Origin: an uncultured SAR86 cluster bacterium
GTDB lineage: Bacteria > Pseudomonadota > Gammaproteobacteria > Magnimaribacterales > D2472
NCBI GenBank assembly: GCA_902594005.1
Contig: CACJKN010000003.1
Span: forward strand, 7,219 to 71,218
Direction of reading: 5' to 3'
Length of the DNA stretch: 64,000 bases
Under the pieces are notes generated by a model. It had not been told where the DNA came from and did no database searches. It was given only the letters and a program-made list of their open reading frames with translations. The position numbers and the translations under genes are program-made. The first letter of the stretch is position 1. Each line of letters starts with the position of its first letter. Positions 27,250 to 37,830 of the stretch are shown one piece after another.

Positions 27250-30200
27250 TTAGTTAATTTCTTGTAATGAGCTGAACTCCCAGTCCTCTTCTTTATTTTC
27301 TAATGCTTTAACCAAGGCATCTGCACCGAACATGGTTGTTATGCAAAAAATCTTTTTTCTTAGAGCTGTCTGCCTTATTGATGCAGAATCTTTTATAGAC
27401 TGTCTTCCTTCAGTTGTATTAATAACAAGACAAACTTGATCATTAACAAGCTCATCGACTATATGCGGTCTTCCTTCAGCAACCTTGTTAATTTCCTTAG
27501 CATCAAAACCTAATTTTTTAATATATTTCGCAGTTCCTTTAGTTGCAACAATTTCAAAACCAAAACTTATTATTTTCTCTACTATAGAATCTAAATATTT
27601 TTTGTCGTCTTGTTTTACGCTTATAAAAATCTTTCCTTTTCTTCTGAGAACTTTATTAGCAGCTTTTTGAGCCTTTCCATATGCTTCACCAAAATTTCTT
27701 CCAATGCCCATAACCTCTCCAGTAGATTTCATCTCAGGCCCTAGAATTGGATCTACATTAGGAAACTTATCAAAAGGAAGCACAGCTTCTTTCACAAAAA
27801 ACATATTTTCAGGTAGCTTATTTGAAAATCCTAGTTCTTTTAAGCTCTTTCCAATCATTGTTTTTGCAGCAACTTTCACTAAAGAATTACCAATACATTT
27901 TGAAATAAAAGGAACAGTTCTTGATGCTCTAGGATTTACTTCAAGAATAAAAACTTCATTATCTTTAATGGCAAATTGGACATTCATCAAACCAATAACA
28001 TTCAGCTCCTCTGCTAACTTTTTAGATTGAAGTTCAAGCTTTTTAATTATTTCCTCGCTCAGAGAATAAGGTGGCAGAGAGCAAGCTGAATCACCTGAAT
28101 GAATTCCAGCTTGTTCAATGTGTTGAAGTATTCCACCAATTACGATCTCCCTGCCATCTGAAACAACATCTACATCAACCTCAATTGCATTATCAAGATA
28201 ATGGTCTAAAAGTATTGGTCGTTCATTAGAGGCTTGCACTGCATCGGAAATATATATGCCTAGCTCATCTTTATTATTTACAAGCTCCATAGCCCTTCCG
28301 CCTAAAACATATGAAGGTCTTACAACAATCGGGAAGCCAATTTCATCTGATTTGTTAAGAGCTTCTTTTAAGCTCGACACAGTTGCATTCTTTGGTTGAA
28401 GAAGATCAAGCTTACTAATAATCTCTTGGAACCTTTTTCTATCTTCTGACCTGTCAATTGCATCTGGCTCTGTTCCAAGGATATTTACACCATAGTTCTC
28501 AAGATCATTTGAAAGTTTTAAAGGGGTTTGGCCACCAAATTGAATGATGACTCCATCAGGTTTTTCTAAGTCAATAATATCTAAAATCTTTTCAGAGGTT
28601 ATTGGCTCAAAGTAAAGTCTATTTGAAACATCATAATCTGTTGAGACAGTTTCAGGATTACAATTAACCATAATTGATTCAAAACCTTCCTCCTGCATCG
28701 CTAGAGATGCATGTACACAACAATAATCAAACTCAATGCCTTGACCTATCCTGTTTGGGCCACTTCCGAGCACTAAGATTTTCTTTTTCGAGGTTGGCTC
28801 ACTCTCACAAATACCTGCATAAGTTGAGTACATATAACATGTTGAAGTTTTAAACTCTGCAGCGCATGTATCAACCCGCTTATAAGAAGGCAATATATTG
28901 TGCGACTTCCTCTTTGATCTTACTTCTTCATAACTTTCGTCAAGCAAATTTGCGATTCTTTGATCACTAAACCCTTTAGTCTTTAGTCTTATGAAATTCT
29001 CCTTTGATAAGTTTTCAAGCTTAGAGCCTTCAATTGCATTTTCTTCAGAAATTAAATCTTCAATTTGTCTCAAAAACCAAGGATCTATGGATGTTAGATC
29101 AAAAATCTTTTCAAGAGACCATCCACACCTGAATGCATCTGCAATATAAAAAAGCCTTTCAGGTCCTGGAAAAGTTAATTCAAATCCAAGCTTTTCATTA
29201 ATTAACTCGCTATCATCAAGAATTTTTTCAAGCCCACATTTGTCATCTTCCATACTACATATAGCTTTTTGAAGAGACTCTTGGAAATTTGAGCCAATTG
29301 ACATAACTTCACCAACGGATTTCATCTGTGTAGAAAGTCTTGGTTCAGCTTGTGGAAACTTCTCGAAAGCAAACTTTGGTATTTTTGTCACAATATAATC
29401 AATTGAAGGCTCAAATGATGCAGGAGTTAATCCTGAGGTTATGTCGTTTTTAAGCTCATCAAGGGTATATCCAATAGACAAAAGGGCTGCAACTTTTGCA
29501 ATAGGGAATCCTGTAGCTTTTGAAGCTAAAGCGGACGATCTGCTTACTCTAGGGTTCATTTCTATGACAACCATTCGACCATCAACTGGATTTATAGCAA
29601 ATTGAACATTTGAACCACCAGTTTCCACGCCTATTTCTCTTAAAATTTTAAAAGAGGCATTACGCATTATTTGAAATTCCTTATCTGTTAAAGTTTGTGC
29701 AGGTGCTATCGTTATTGAGTCTCCAGTATGAACACCCATTGGATCAAAGTTCTCAATAGAGCAGATAATAATGCAGTTATCATTTTTATCTCTAACAACC
29801 TCCATTTCGTATTCTTTCCAACCTAGAAGAGACTCATCAATTAATAGTTCATTTGTTGGAGATAAATCTAATCCTTTCTCACAGATTGTTTTAAATTCTT
29901 CTATGTTGTATGCAACTCCACCTCCGGATCCACCAAGAGTAAACGAAGGTCTTATAATGCATGGAAATCCGATCTCTTTCTGAACTTCTAATGCATCTTC
30001 CATAGAATGCGCAATTCCTGATTGAGGCGTTTCTAAATCTATTTTCTTCATAGTTTGATCAAAAAGCTGTCTATCTTCAGCTTTGTCAATTGCCTCTCTT
30101 GAGGCACCTATTAATTCAACATTATATTTTTTTAAGATTCCTTCCCTAGCCAACGAAAGAGCAGTATTTAAACCTGTCTGTCCTCCCATGGTTGGGAGAA

Positions 30201-30456
30201 GTGCGTCTGGTCTTTCCTTTTCTATTATCTTGGCAACTGTCTCCCAATGAATTGGTTCAATATAAGTAGCATCAGCAAGCAATGGATCAGTCATGATTGT
30301 GGCTGGGTTTGAATTAACTAAAATTACTCTATAGCCCTCTTCTTTTAATGCTTTACATGCTTGGGCTCCAGAATAATCAAATTCGCATGCTTGACCAATA
30401 ATAATAGGCCCTGCACCAATTATCATTACGGATTTTATGTCATTTCTTTTTGGCAT
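27250..30456 (-). CDS. carB: Carbamoyl-phosphate synthase large subunit
   Basis: 1068 aa with duplicated ATP-grasp halves ([17 protein letters not shown] and [16 protein letters not shown]) and an MGS-like C-terminal domain. Confidence 0.98.
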   Translation of the reverse strand: MPKRNDIKSVMIIGAGPIIIGQACEFDYSGAQACKALKEEGYRVILVNSNPATIMTDPLLADATYIEPIHWETVAKIIEKERPDALLPTMGGQTGLNTALSLAREGILKKYNVELIGASREAIDKAEDRQLFDQTMKKIDLETPQSGIAHSMEDALEVQKEIGFPCIIRPSFTLGGSGGGVAYNIEEFKTICEKGLDLSPTNELLIDESLLGWKEYEMEVVRDKNDNCIIICSIENFDPMGVHTGDSITIAPAQTLTDKEFQIMRNASFKILREIGVETGGSNVQFAINPVDGRMVVIEMNPRVSRSSALASKATGFPIAKVAALLSIGYTLDELKNDITSGLTPASFEPSIDYIVTKIPKFAFEKFPQAEPRLSTQMKSVGEVMSIGSNFQESLQKAICSMEDDKCGLEKILDDSELINEKLGFELTFPGPERLFYIADAFRCGWSLEKIFDLTSIDPWFLRQIEDLISEENAIEGSKLENLSKENFIRLKTKGFSDQRIANLLDESYEEVRSKRKSHNILPSYKRVDTCAAEFKTSTCYMYSTYAGICESEPTSKKKILVLGSGPNRIGQGIEFDYCCVHASLAMQEEGFESIMVNCNPETVSTDYDVSNRLYFEPITSEKILDIIDLEKPDGVIIQFGGQTPLKLSNDLENYGVNILGTEPDAIDRSEDRKRFQEIISKLDLLQPKNATVSSLKEALNKSDEIGFPIVVRPSYVLGGRAMELVNNKDELGIYISDAVQASNERPILLDHYLDNAIEVDVDVVSDGREIVIGGILQHIEQAGIHSGDSACSLPPYSLSEEIIKKLELQSKKLAEELNVIGLMNVQFAIKDNEVFILEVNPRASRTVPFISKCIGNSLVKVAAKTMIGKSLKELGFSNKLPENMFFVKEAVLPFDKFPNVDPILGPEMKSTGEVMGIGRNFGEAYGKAQKAANKVLRRKGKIFISVKQDDKKYLDSIVEKIISFGFEIVATKGTAKYIKKLGFDAKEINKVAEGRPHIVDELVNDQVCLVINTTEGRQSIKDSASIRQTALRKKIFCITTMFGADALVKALENKEEDWEFSSLQEIN

Positions 30457-31564
30457 TTTTATCTATCATTTCTTTAAATAGCTTAAATAAACTAACTATA
30501 TCTTGGGGGCCTGGACTTGCTTCAGGGTGCCCTTGAAAACTAAATGCAGGCTTATCTTTAAATGAAATACCCTGAATCGATTGATCAAAAAGTGATACAT
30601 GAGAAATCTCAATATTGTTTGGCAAAGAATCCTCATTCACAGCAAAGCCATGATTTTGACTTGTTATGAATACTTCCTTAGATTTTAAAGATTGAACAGG
30701 ATGATTTGCCCCATGATGACCAAATTTCATTTTTTCAGTCTTTGCTCCGCCTGCAAGTGCTAATAGTTGGTGACCAAGGCAGATTCCAAATATGGGAATA
30801 TTTTCATTTAGTGCCCTTTTAATATTTTCAATAGCATAATTGCATGGCTCTGGATCGCCAGGCCCATTTGATAAAAAGATGCCGTCTGGATTCATCTTTA
30901 GAACCTCATCAAAAGAGCATCTTGCATTCACAACTGTTACTTTCCCAACATGTTCAGAGAGAAGTCTTAAAATATTCTTTTTAATCCCATAGTCATATGC
31001 AACTATATGCAACTTGCTTTTTGACTCCTTAAAATCAGGCCAAACTCCTTCGTTCCAAGAATATAAACTTTTAGTTGTTACTTCTTTGGCTAAATCCATT
31101 CCCTCAAGACCATCAAAGCTTTTTGCTAAAGATATTGCTGATTGTTCATTATTTTCATCTATCGGGCTAATGCATGCTTTCAATGAGCCTTTTTCCCTTA
31201 AAATAATTGTTAGCTGTCTAGTATCTATTCCAAAAATCCCAATAGAATTATTTCTTGCCAAGAAATCATCAAGATTTTCTTCAGATCTGTAGTTGCTTGG
31301 CTGAGAGATATAATTTCTTATAACGACTCCTTCAGCATATATATTATCTGATTCATTATCTTCAGAATTAATACCTGTATTGCCTATATGAGGATGGGTA
31401 AATGTAATAATCTGTTTGCAATAAGATGGATCAGTTATTATTTCTTGATAGCCACTCATGGAGGTATTGAAAACAATTTCGCCAATTGCTACTTTTTTAG
31501 CTCCAATACCATGACCAACAAATGTGCTTCCATCCTCAAGTGCTAAGATGCATGGAAAAGACAC
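30440..31564 (-). CDS. carA: Carbamoyl-phosphate synthase small (glutaminase) subunit
   Basis: Class-I GATase triad region GICLGHQLL plus HGANHPV. It has a GTG start with GAGGAG 9 nt upstream. It overlaps carB by 17 nt. Confidence 0.96.
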   Translation of the reverse strand: MSFPCILALEDGSTFVGHGIGAKKVAIGEIVFNTSMSGYQEIITDPSYCKQIITFTHPHIGNTGINSEDNESDNIYAEGVVIRNYISQPSNYRSEENLDDFLARNNSIGIFGIDTRQLTIILREKGSLKACISPIDENNEQSAISLAKSFDGLEGMDLAKEVTTKSLYSWNEGVWPDFKESKSKLHIVAYDYGIKKNILRLLSEHVGKVTVVNARCSFDEVLKMNPDGIFLSNGPGDPEPCNYAIENIKRALNENIPIFGICLGHQLLALAGGAKTEKMKFGHHGANHPVQSLKSKEVFITSQNHGFAVNEDSLPNNIEISHVSLFDQSIQGISFKDKPAFSFQGHPEASPGPQDIVSLFKLFKEMIDKNAKKK

Positions 31565-31720
31565 TATGATTTACTCCTCATTGAGAAAGATTGAAAATAA
31601 AAAATAGGATAAAAAAATATTTTTTTTGAAGATTTTAATGAGCTAAAATTACATGCTGGCATTAAAATTGTACTTTACAAGGTTAATTAAAATTAGTCTA
31701 TAGATATGCATTAAAAAATA

Positions 31721-32491
31721 ATGAATATTTCAATAAAAAATAAAAATGATATAGAAAAACTGAGAAGTGCTGGTCAACTTGCTGCAAATGTCCTCAATAT
31801 GATTACTGAACATGTTAAACCTGGAATATCAACAGGGGAACTAGATGATATTTGTCATGACTTTATTGTTAATGAGCAAAAAGCGATTCCTGCTAATATT
31901 GGTTACAACGGCTATGAAAAAACGTCATGTATAAGCGTTAATCAAGTAATTTGTCATGGCATACCTAATCAAAACAAAATCCTCAAAGACAACGATATTG
32001 TAAATATTGATGTTACAGTCCTTAAAGATGGTTGGTATGGAGATACCTCAAAAATGTTTTTAGTTGGTAAGACACAACCTCACAATGAAAAATTAGTCTC
32101 AGTCACTCAAGAATGTTTGTACAAAGCTATTGAAATTGCAAAACCTGGCATCACCTTAGGCGACATAGGTCATGTTATTCAGTCTCATGCTGAAAAGAAT
32201 CACTATAGCGTTGTTGAGGACTATTGTGGTCATGGAATTGGTAAGGTCTATCATGAAGATCCTCAAGTGTTGCATTTTGGAAGACCAGGCACAGGAATCG
32301 AGCTTGTTGAAGGAATGTGTTTTACTATTGAGCCTATGATTAATCAAGGTACAAAATATACTAAAATACTTTCGGATGGTTGGACGGTAGAAACAAAGGA
32401 TGGAAGAAATTCAGCACAGTGGGAACATACAATTGCCATTACATCAAATGGATGTGATGTCCTTACTAAAAGAGATGAAGAGAGATTTTAG
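31721..32491 (+). CDS. map: Type I methionine aminopeptidase
   Basis: Metal-ligand context VCHGIP, DIVNIDV, GHGIG, FTIEP and QWEHT. Confidence 0.96.
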   Translation: MNISIKNKNDIEKLRSAGQLAANVLNMITEHVKPGISTGELDDICHDFIVNEQKAIPANIGYNGYEKTSCISVNQVICHGIPNQNKILKDNDIVNIDVTVLKDGWYGDTSKMFLVGKTQPHNEKLVSVTQECLYKAIEIAKPGITLGDIGHVIQSHAEKNHYSVVEDYCGHGIGKVYHEDPQVLHFGRPGTGIELVEGMCFTIEPMINQGTKYTKILSDGWTVETKDGRNSAQWEHTIAITSNGCDVLTKRDEERF

Positions 32492-33627
32492 TGAGTAATT
32501 TAGAACTTCTTAAAAAATTAATAAAAATTGAATCCATTAGTCCAAATGACAACGGTTGCTTTGATGTTATTAGGCAACAATTCGATGGTTTAGATTTTTC
32601 TTTTGAAGAAACAAACTATAAAAATATTAGTAACTTAATCATCACCAATGGAGATTCAAAAAATAAAACTTTTTGTTTTTTAGGTCATACGGATGTTGTT
32701 CCTCCTGGTCCTGAAAGTGAGTGGAGTGTTCCACCTTTTTCTGGTGAGATTATAGATAATAAGATTTATGGAAGAGGAGCTGCTGATATGAAAGGCGGTG
32801 TAGCTTGTTTTATCTCTGCTCTTAAAGAGTTTCTTTCTGAGTATAAAGATCCCTCTTTTAACATTATGGTTCTATTAAACAGTAATGAGGAAGGTAAGTT
32901 AGAAAATGGGAAAGTTGATAGAGTGATCAATGAGATGATTGATAAAGATAAATTTATAGATTTCTGTTTAATTGGTGAACCGAGCTCATCAAAAAAAGTT
33001 GGTGATGTTATAAGAATAGGAAGAAGAGGTTCACTTTCAGGTAATCTAAAAGTATATGGTATTCAGGGTCATGTTGCATATCCAAAGCAAGCATTAAATC
33101 CGATCTTGGGGATAGGTAAAACATTGGAAGAACTAAAAAATATGGAATGGGATCGCGGTAATGAAAATTTTGAACCGACAAGTTTTCAAGTCTCAAATAT
33201 TAAATCTGGAACAGGAGCTGAAAATGTAGTGCCCGGAGTCTTGGAAATGGCTTTTAATTTTAGGTTTTCACCAGAGTCATCTCCGGAAGGACTCAAAGAA
33301 ATGTTTGAAGCATTATTAAAAAAATCAGACCTTAAATATGATGTCTGTTGGACACTTAGCGCCCTTCCATTTTTGACTTCGAAAACTGAATTCATAGATA
33401 TTGTGAAGTCATCAATTAAGGATATAAATAATATTGATACTAAAATTGATAATGGAGGAGGTACATCTGATGGAAGATGGGTTGCACCAATGGGATCAGA
33501 GATAGTTGAGCTTGGGCCTCTAAATAAAACCATCCATCAGATTGATGAACATGTCGATATTGAAGACCTAAGTACTTTAAAAGAAATATATAAAAAGATA
33601 CTAATTAAAGTTCATCAATCGGTTTAA
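32491..33627 (+). CDS. dapE: Succinyl-diaminopimelate desuccinylase (M20 family)
   Basis: Motifs GHTDVVP, GRGAADMKG and NEEG. It has a GTG start that overlaps the map stop by 1 nt (TAGTG). Confidence 0.88.
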   Translation: MSNLELLKKLIKIESISPNDNGCFDVIRQQFDGLDFSFEETNYKNISNLIITNGDSKNKTFCFLGHTDVVPPGPESEWSVPPFSGEIIDNKIYGRGAADMKGGVACFISALKEFLSEYKDPSFNIMVLLNSNEEGKLENGKVDRVINEMIDKDKFIDFCLIGEPSSSKKVGDVIRIGRRGSLSGNLKVYGIQGHVAYPKQALNPILGIGKTLEELKNMEWDRGNENFEPTSFQVSNIKSGTGAENVVPGVLEMAFNFRFSPESSPEGLKEMFEALLKKSDLKYDVCWTLSALPFLTSKTEFIDIVKSSIKDINNIDTKIDNGGGTSDGRWVAPMGSEIVELGPLNKTIHQIDEHVDIEDLSTLKEIYKKILIKVHQSV

Positions 33628-33719
33628 ATTTTTCCTTTCTACTGTATTTTGATTTATCTTTATGAGTCTTTGGTTTGTGGAATTTATCCATATTTTTCTT
33701 AACAGGATCTCTTTTTCTA

Positions 33720-35195
33720 TTAGCTGGAACCATGCATTAATTTCTTAAGCAATGGAGTAATTAGAGCTAAAACAATACCGCATCCAATTGCCATTAAACC
33801 AACATCTGTATAAACATCTATAAATGACTGCTTTTGAGCTAGATTATAAACTTCTCCAGAAACACCAGAACTTTCTGATGATGTTGCTCTTGCTATTAAT
33901 CCTGCTACATAGTTTCCAGCTGCCGATGCAAAAAACCACATACCCATCATAAATCCTACAATTCTTTGAGGTGATAATTTAGTCACTGATGATAAGCCTA
34001 CTGGGGAAAGACATAGCTCACCTAAAGTGTGAAGTAAATAAATCAATATTATCCATACTACTCCTGTCTGTAAGCCCTCAGACGATTTCATTCCATAAAC
34101 AAGCGCCAAGAAACCAAGCCCAACAAAAACAATACCAATTGAAAACTTAATTGGGGTGGAAGGCTCCATATTTCTTTTTGCAAGTGCTATCCAAAGAAGA
34201 GCAAAAAGAGGTGCTATTGTGAAAATAAAGCCTGCGTTCAAGGATTGGAACATTGAAGCAGGGACCTCCCAACCGAGAATTACTCTGTCTACACCTCTAT
34301 CAGTAAGTATATTTAGTGAAGATCCAGCCTGCTCAAAAAGAGCCCAGAAAATTAATGAAAATAATATTAATATCCCAACTACTATTAAACGGTCTCTTTC
34401 TTCAGGATCACATTTGAATAAGGCGTACATCAACCAAGCTCCAATAAATATGAATCCAAACCCTCCAAGAAGTTGTCCAACAAGTTGTGAGTTTTGAACA
34501 AGAAACCATGTTGTTAAAACCATTATGATCCCGGAGATATAAGCCCAGCTCTCAAAGGTAATACCTGCTTTCTTTTCTTTATATTTTTCAGAAGGTGGTT
34601 CCGCCAATCCCTCAAGATATTTTTGGCCCCAGAGAAATATAATCAATCCCAACAACATTCCTATTCCTGCAGCCCCAAAGCCCCAGGCCCAACCTATTTC
34701 TTCTCCAAGATATCCACACAGGAGAGTCGCAGTAAATGCGCCAATATTGATCCCCATATAAAAGATAGTAAAACCAGAATCTCTTCTTGGATCGCCCTCC
34801 TCATATAAAGCTCCAACCATTGTTGAAATATTTGGTTTTAAGAAACCTACACCGGATACAATTAAGGCCAGGGATAAATAGAAAATCTGTTCATTGCTTT
34901 CCACAGTCATTCCTAAATGACCAAAAACTAAAAGTATTGCACCATAGGTAACAGCTTTTTTTGATCCTAAGATTTGGTCAGCTAACATCCCCCCAAAAAC
35001 CGGCATTATGTAAACTAATGAGGTATATGCTCCATAAATAAGGTAACTTGCAGCATCAGAGAACTCCCAGTGCTTTGTAAGATACAAAATTAAAAGAGCT
35101 CTCATACCGTAGTAAGAAAATCTCTCCCACATTTCTGTTGCAAAGCAAACAAATAAACCTTTTGGATGACCTAATATATCTGATGAAGTATGCAT
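33720..35195 (-). CDS. Proton-dependent oligopeptide transporter (POT/PTR2 family, DtpA-like)
   Basis: PTR2 signatures ERFSYYGMRALLILYL and FYMGINIGAF. It is polytopic (about 14 hydrophobic segments). Confidence 0.9.
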   Translation of the reverse strand: MHTSSDILGHPKGLFVCFATEMWERFSYYGMRALLILYLTKHWEFSDAASYLIYGAYTSLVYIMPVFGGMLADQILGSKKAVTYGAILLVFGHLGMTVESNEQIFYLSLALIVSGVGFLKPNISTMVGALYEEGDPRRDSGFTIFYMGINIGAFTATLLCGYLGEEIGWAWGFGAAGIGMLLGLIIFLWGQKYLEGLAEPPSEKYKEKKAGITFESWAYISGIIMVLTTWFLVQNSQLVGQLLGGFGFIFIGAWLMYALFKCDPEERDRLIVVGILILFSLIFWALFEQAGSSLNILTDRGVDRVILGWEVPASMFQSLNAGFIFTIAPLFALLWIALAKRNMEPSTPIKFSIGIVFVGLGFLALVYGMKSSEGLQTGVVWIILIYLLHTLGELCLSPVGLSSVTKLSPQRIVGFMMGMWFFASAAGNYVAGLIARATSSESSGVSGEVYNLAQKQSFIDVYTDVGLMAIGCGIVLALITPLLKKLMHGSS

Positions 35196-35235
35196 AATAA
35201 TTTATTTTTGATAATAATTTAGTACTATACCAAAA

Positions 35236-35661
35236 ATGGAACCAACAAATAAAAAAGTTTCCCTATTAAGGATAGTTGCTGCAACTATCTATGACTCACT
35301 TCTTATGTTAGGTGTTTGGTTTTTAGTTGGTTCACTTGCTCTAGGTATAAAGTTTGTTTTTACTGGAGAAGTATCCTCGCTTAATCCTTTTATTGGAATG
35401 ATTCTTGTGATTTTAAGTACATGGCTCTATTTTGCTATGTTTTGGCTTTATGGAGGCAAAACTTTAGGGATGTCATCATGGAAATTAAGAATAATTTCAC
35501 AAGATGGTAATCAGATTACAATAGTTCAGACTATCATAAGATTTTTATCAAATATCTTTACCATCTCATTAGCTGGCATTCCGCTTTTTTTAAGAATAAT
35601 AAATAAAAACAATAGATCGTTTAGTGATTTATTATCTAAAACATCAATTATTTCAGATTAA
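35236..35661 (+). CDS. RDD-family membrane protein
   Basis: 141 aa with an N-terminal R..A..YD motif (RIVAATIYDSLL) and three hydrophobic segments, which is typical RDD-domain layout. Confidence 0.65.
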   Translation: MEPTNKKVSLLRIVAATIYDSLLMLGVWFLVGSLALGIKFVFTGEVSSLNPFIGMILVILSTWLYFAMFWLYGGKTLGMSSWKLRIISQDGNQITIVQTIIRFLSNIFTISLAGIPLFLRIINKNNRSFSDLLSKTSIISD

Positions 35662-36668
35662 ATTCTTTTATAAGTTAAATAAAAGATTATTAGAAGTAAT
35701 AAATGTGGCATTAACGAAATTGCAACTATATTTGATTGAATCGTTAGACTCATGCTGAAAAAAAACTCTTGAGTTAAATTAAAAATAAAAGCTCCGAGAA
35801 ATCCTCCAACAATATATGATCCAAAAGAATTATTTCTTTGATCGCTAAAAAATAACATCGATGCAGTTAATATTAAAAGAAGGGCTGATATTGGTAAAAG
35901 CAACCTTTTAAGGATTTCTACGATAATAAAATTCTTTTCTTTGTCTTCAAGTTTAGTTTTATCAGATCCTCTTAAATAAGTTTTCAAGCTTCCGATTGAA
36001 ATATTTTTTACAGTTGATCTATCCAAATTCTCATTTTTTGGAAGATAGAATCTAAATTCAGAATTATTAATTTTGATCAAACCATCTGAAACCTCTGCTT
36101 TTTCAGAAGAAATTATTTCTTTGACTGAGTCATTTTCATCAAGAAGAATCAATGTTGGATTTAATATTTCGGATTCCCTCTTTTGAGAGTATCTTAGGAT
36201 CTTATTTCCATCTTTTGACCATGAAAACTTAATATCTTGCTTATCCATACTGATTTGACTATTAATAGTTTCAGCATGATTAGCTGCTTGTATAAAAAGC
36301 TTATTGTCTAGCGAAATCATTAAAAGTGAAAAGATGATTGGTCCAAGAGCAAAAATTAGTGAGATTTTTATAGGAGATAATCCATTTGAACGAATTATTG
36401 TGAGATTTCCATCTCTTTTGAAAAGACCAAGTGATATTAAGGCTCCCAATAAACAGGATCCCTGAACGTAATCCATTGAATCATGAAATAATCTATATAA
36501 GGTTGTAAAGATTAAATCATTTAATGTGAATTCCTCATTTAAGTCCTCAGCATCGCCAATGATTGAGAAAATTAAATCGAGAAAAGTAATGCCTAAAAAA
36601 ACTAGTAAAGTAATTACAAAAGTCCTTACTATTATGTGTCTTGAAAAGATGCCTACTAAATTAACCAT
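35658..36668 (-). CDS. lptG: LPS export ABC transporter permease LptG
   Basis: YjgP/YjgQ architecture (3 TM, a soluble beta-jellyroll insert, 3 TM). It is the second of two such genes divergent from pepA. Confidence 0.85.
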   Translation of the reverse strand: MVNLVGIFSRHIIVRTFVITLLVFLGITFLDLIFSIIGDAEDLNEEFTLNDLIFTTLYRLFHDSMDYVQGSCLLGALISLGLFKRDGNLTIIRSNGLSPIKISLIFALGPIIFSLLMISLDNKLFIQAANHAETINSQISMDKQDIKFSWSKDGNKILRYSQKRESEILNPTLILLDENDSVKEIISSEKAEVSDGLIKINNSEFRFYLPKNENLDRSTVKNISIGSLKTYLRGSDKTKLEDKEKNFIIVEILKRLLLPISALLLILTASMLFFSDQRNNSFGSYIVGGFLGAFIFNLTQEFFFSMSLTIQSNIVAISLMPHLLLLIIFYLTYKRI

Positions 36669-37768
36669 AATAAAATAATTAGCAAAATTGATGCCATTAC
36701 TGCCTTGGCAATATTGGTTTTTGTGATAAAGGTATTAGAGACTGTGTCACCACGTACAAAAAGAAAAATTGACGTGAGTAAAACTAAAAAGTGAACTGGC
36801 CACATACCAAAATATGCAAAAGACTTATCCTCCGATATGCCATCTCTAAAAATTATCAATGTACTGAGGTATAAAAAGAAAATTAGTAGCCCTGGTAGTA
36901 AGGAAATCATTCTGCCCTGTCTTGGAGCAGAATTTGTAAGACAGACTCCTAAAATCATTAAATTTATTATCATTATTGGAACTGCAAGAGCCCACTCAAA
37001 CTGGGCCTTATCTGAAAGCTCATCAATATTAAATACTCTTTCAAAAGATTCTTCTTCTGAGTCTTTTTCATTAAAATCGGTAGTCAACTTTTTGAAGGAG
37101 CTCACTAAAGAATTTGGCGAAGCAGCATCAATAAAAATCTTTCCATTTAAGAACTCAAAATCTGTTGCTCTATTCTTTTCAATTAATTTAAGTCTTTCAG
37201 CTGAAATTATTGATATTCCATTTGCATCATCTTCAATGAAAATGCTCTGATTAAAATAATTTCCATTACGTGAAGAAAAGTAAAGGTATGAAGAATCTGA
37301 GATATGACTTAGCTCATCTTCATTTAGCAATTTTAACTTTTTTTCAATGGAGGAATAATTAAGTATTTCATCTGATCTTTTTTCAAAGTCTGGAGTTACA
37401 TAAAAACTTAAAAAGAATGAAATTACTGTTAAAGAAAGTGTTTGAAAGAGTAAAGACTTAACAAAAGCCATTTTTGAATATCCTGCAGACTGATAAGCAT
37501 AAATTTCATGATCCATATAAAGCCTTCCTAGAGCAATTAATACTGACAGAAAGAAACTAAGCGGTATAAGCAGATTGATAAATTCAGGTGACCTTAAAAT
37601 TAGAATCGATAAGATTAAATCTGACTCTAGATTTCCTGCAATTGATTTATCAAAATATCCTAATAACCTTGAGCTAGCTACAAGGATAAATAAAATGGTT
37701 AAGCATCCTAAAAAGTTTTTAAAAACTTCAAGGTTAATGCTTTTATAAAGAATATTCTTTTTAAACAT
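36656..37768 (-). CDS. lptF: LPS export ABC transporter permease LptF
   Basis: YjgP/YjgQ architecture. It is the first gene divergent from pepA, as in E. coli pepA / lptF-lptG. Confidence 0.85.
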   Translation of the reverse strand: MFKKNILYKSINLEVFKNFLGCLTILFILVASSRLLGYFDKSIAGNLESDLILSILILRSPEFINLLIPLSFFLSVLIALGRLYMDHEIYAYQSAGYSKMAFVKSLLFQTLSLTVISFFLSFYVTPDFEKRSDEILNYSSIEKKLKLLNEDELSHISDSSYLYFSSRNGNYFNQSIFIEDDANGISIISAERLKLIEKNRATDFEFLNGKIFIDAASPNSLVSSFKKLTTDFNEKDSEEESFERVFNIDELSDKAQFEWALAVPIMIINLMILGVCLTNSAPRQGRMISLLPGLLIFFLYLSTLIIFRDGISEDKSFAYFGMWPVHFLVLLTSIFLFVRGDTVSNTFITKTNIAKAVMASILLIILLWLI

Positions 37769-37830
37769 GCCTTTAATAAGTATGATGCATTACAATAAAT
37801 ATATTAACAATGTTGAAATAGGAGAATTTC

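Noticed and set aside
31565-31720. The 156-bp carA/map divergent spacer, examined for a small RNA, a riboswitch or ArgR/PurR-type operators.
   Set aside because: It contains only AT-rich sequence with many chance -10-like hexamers. I could not defend any structured element or recognisable operator by eye.
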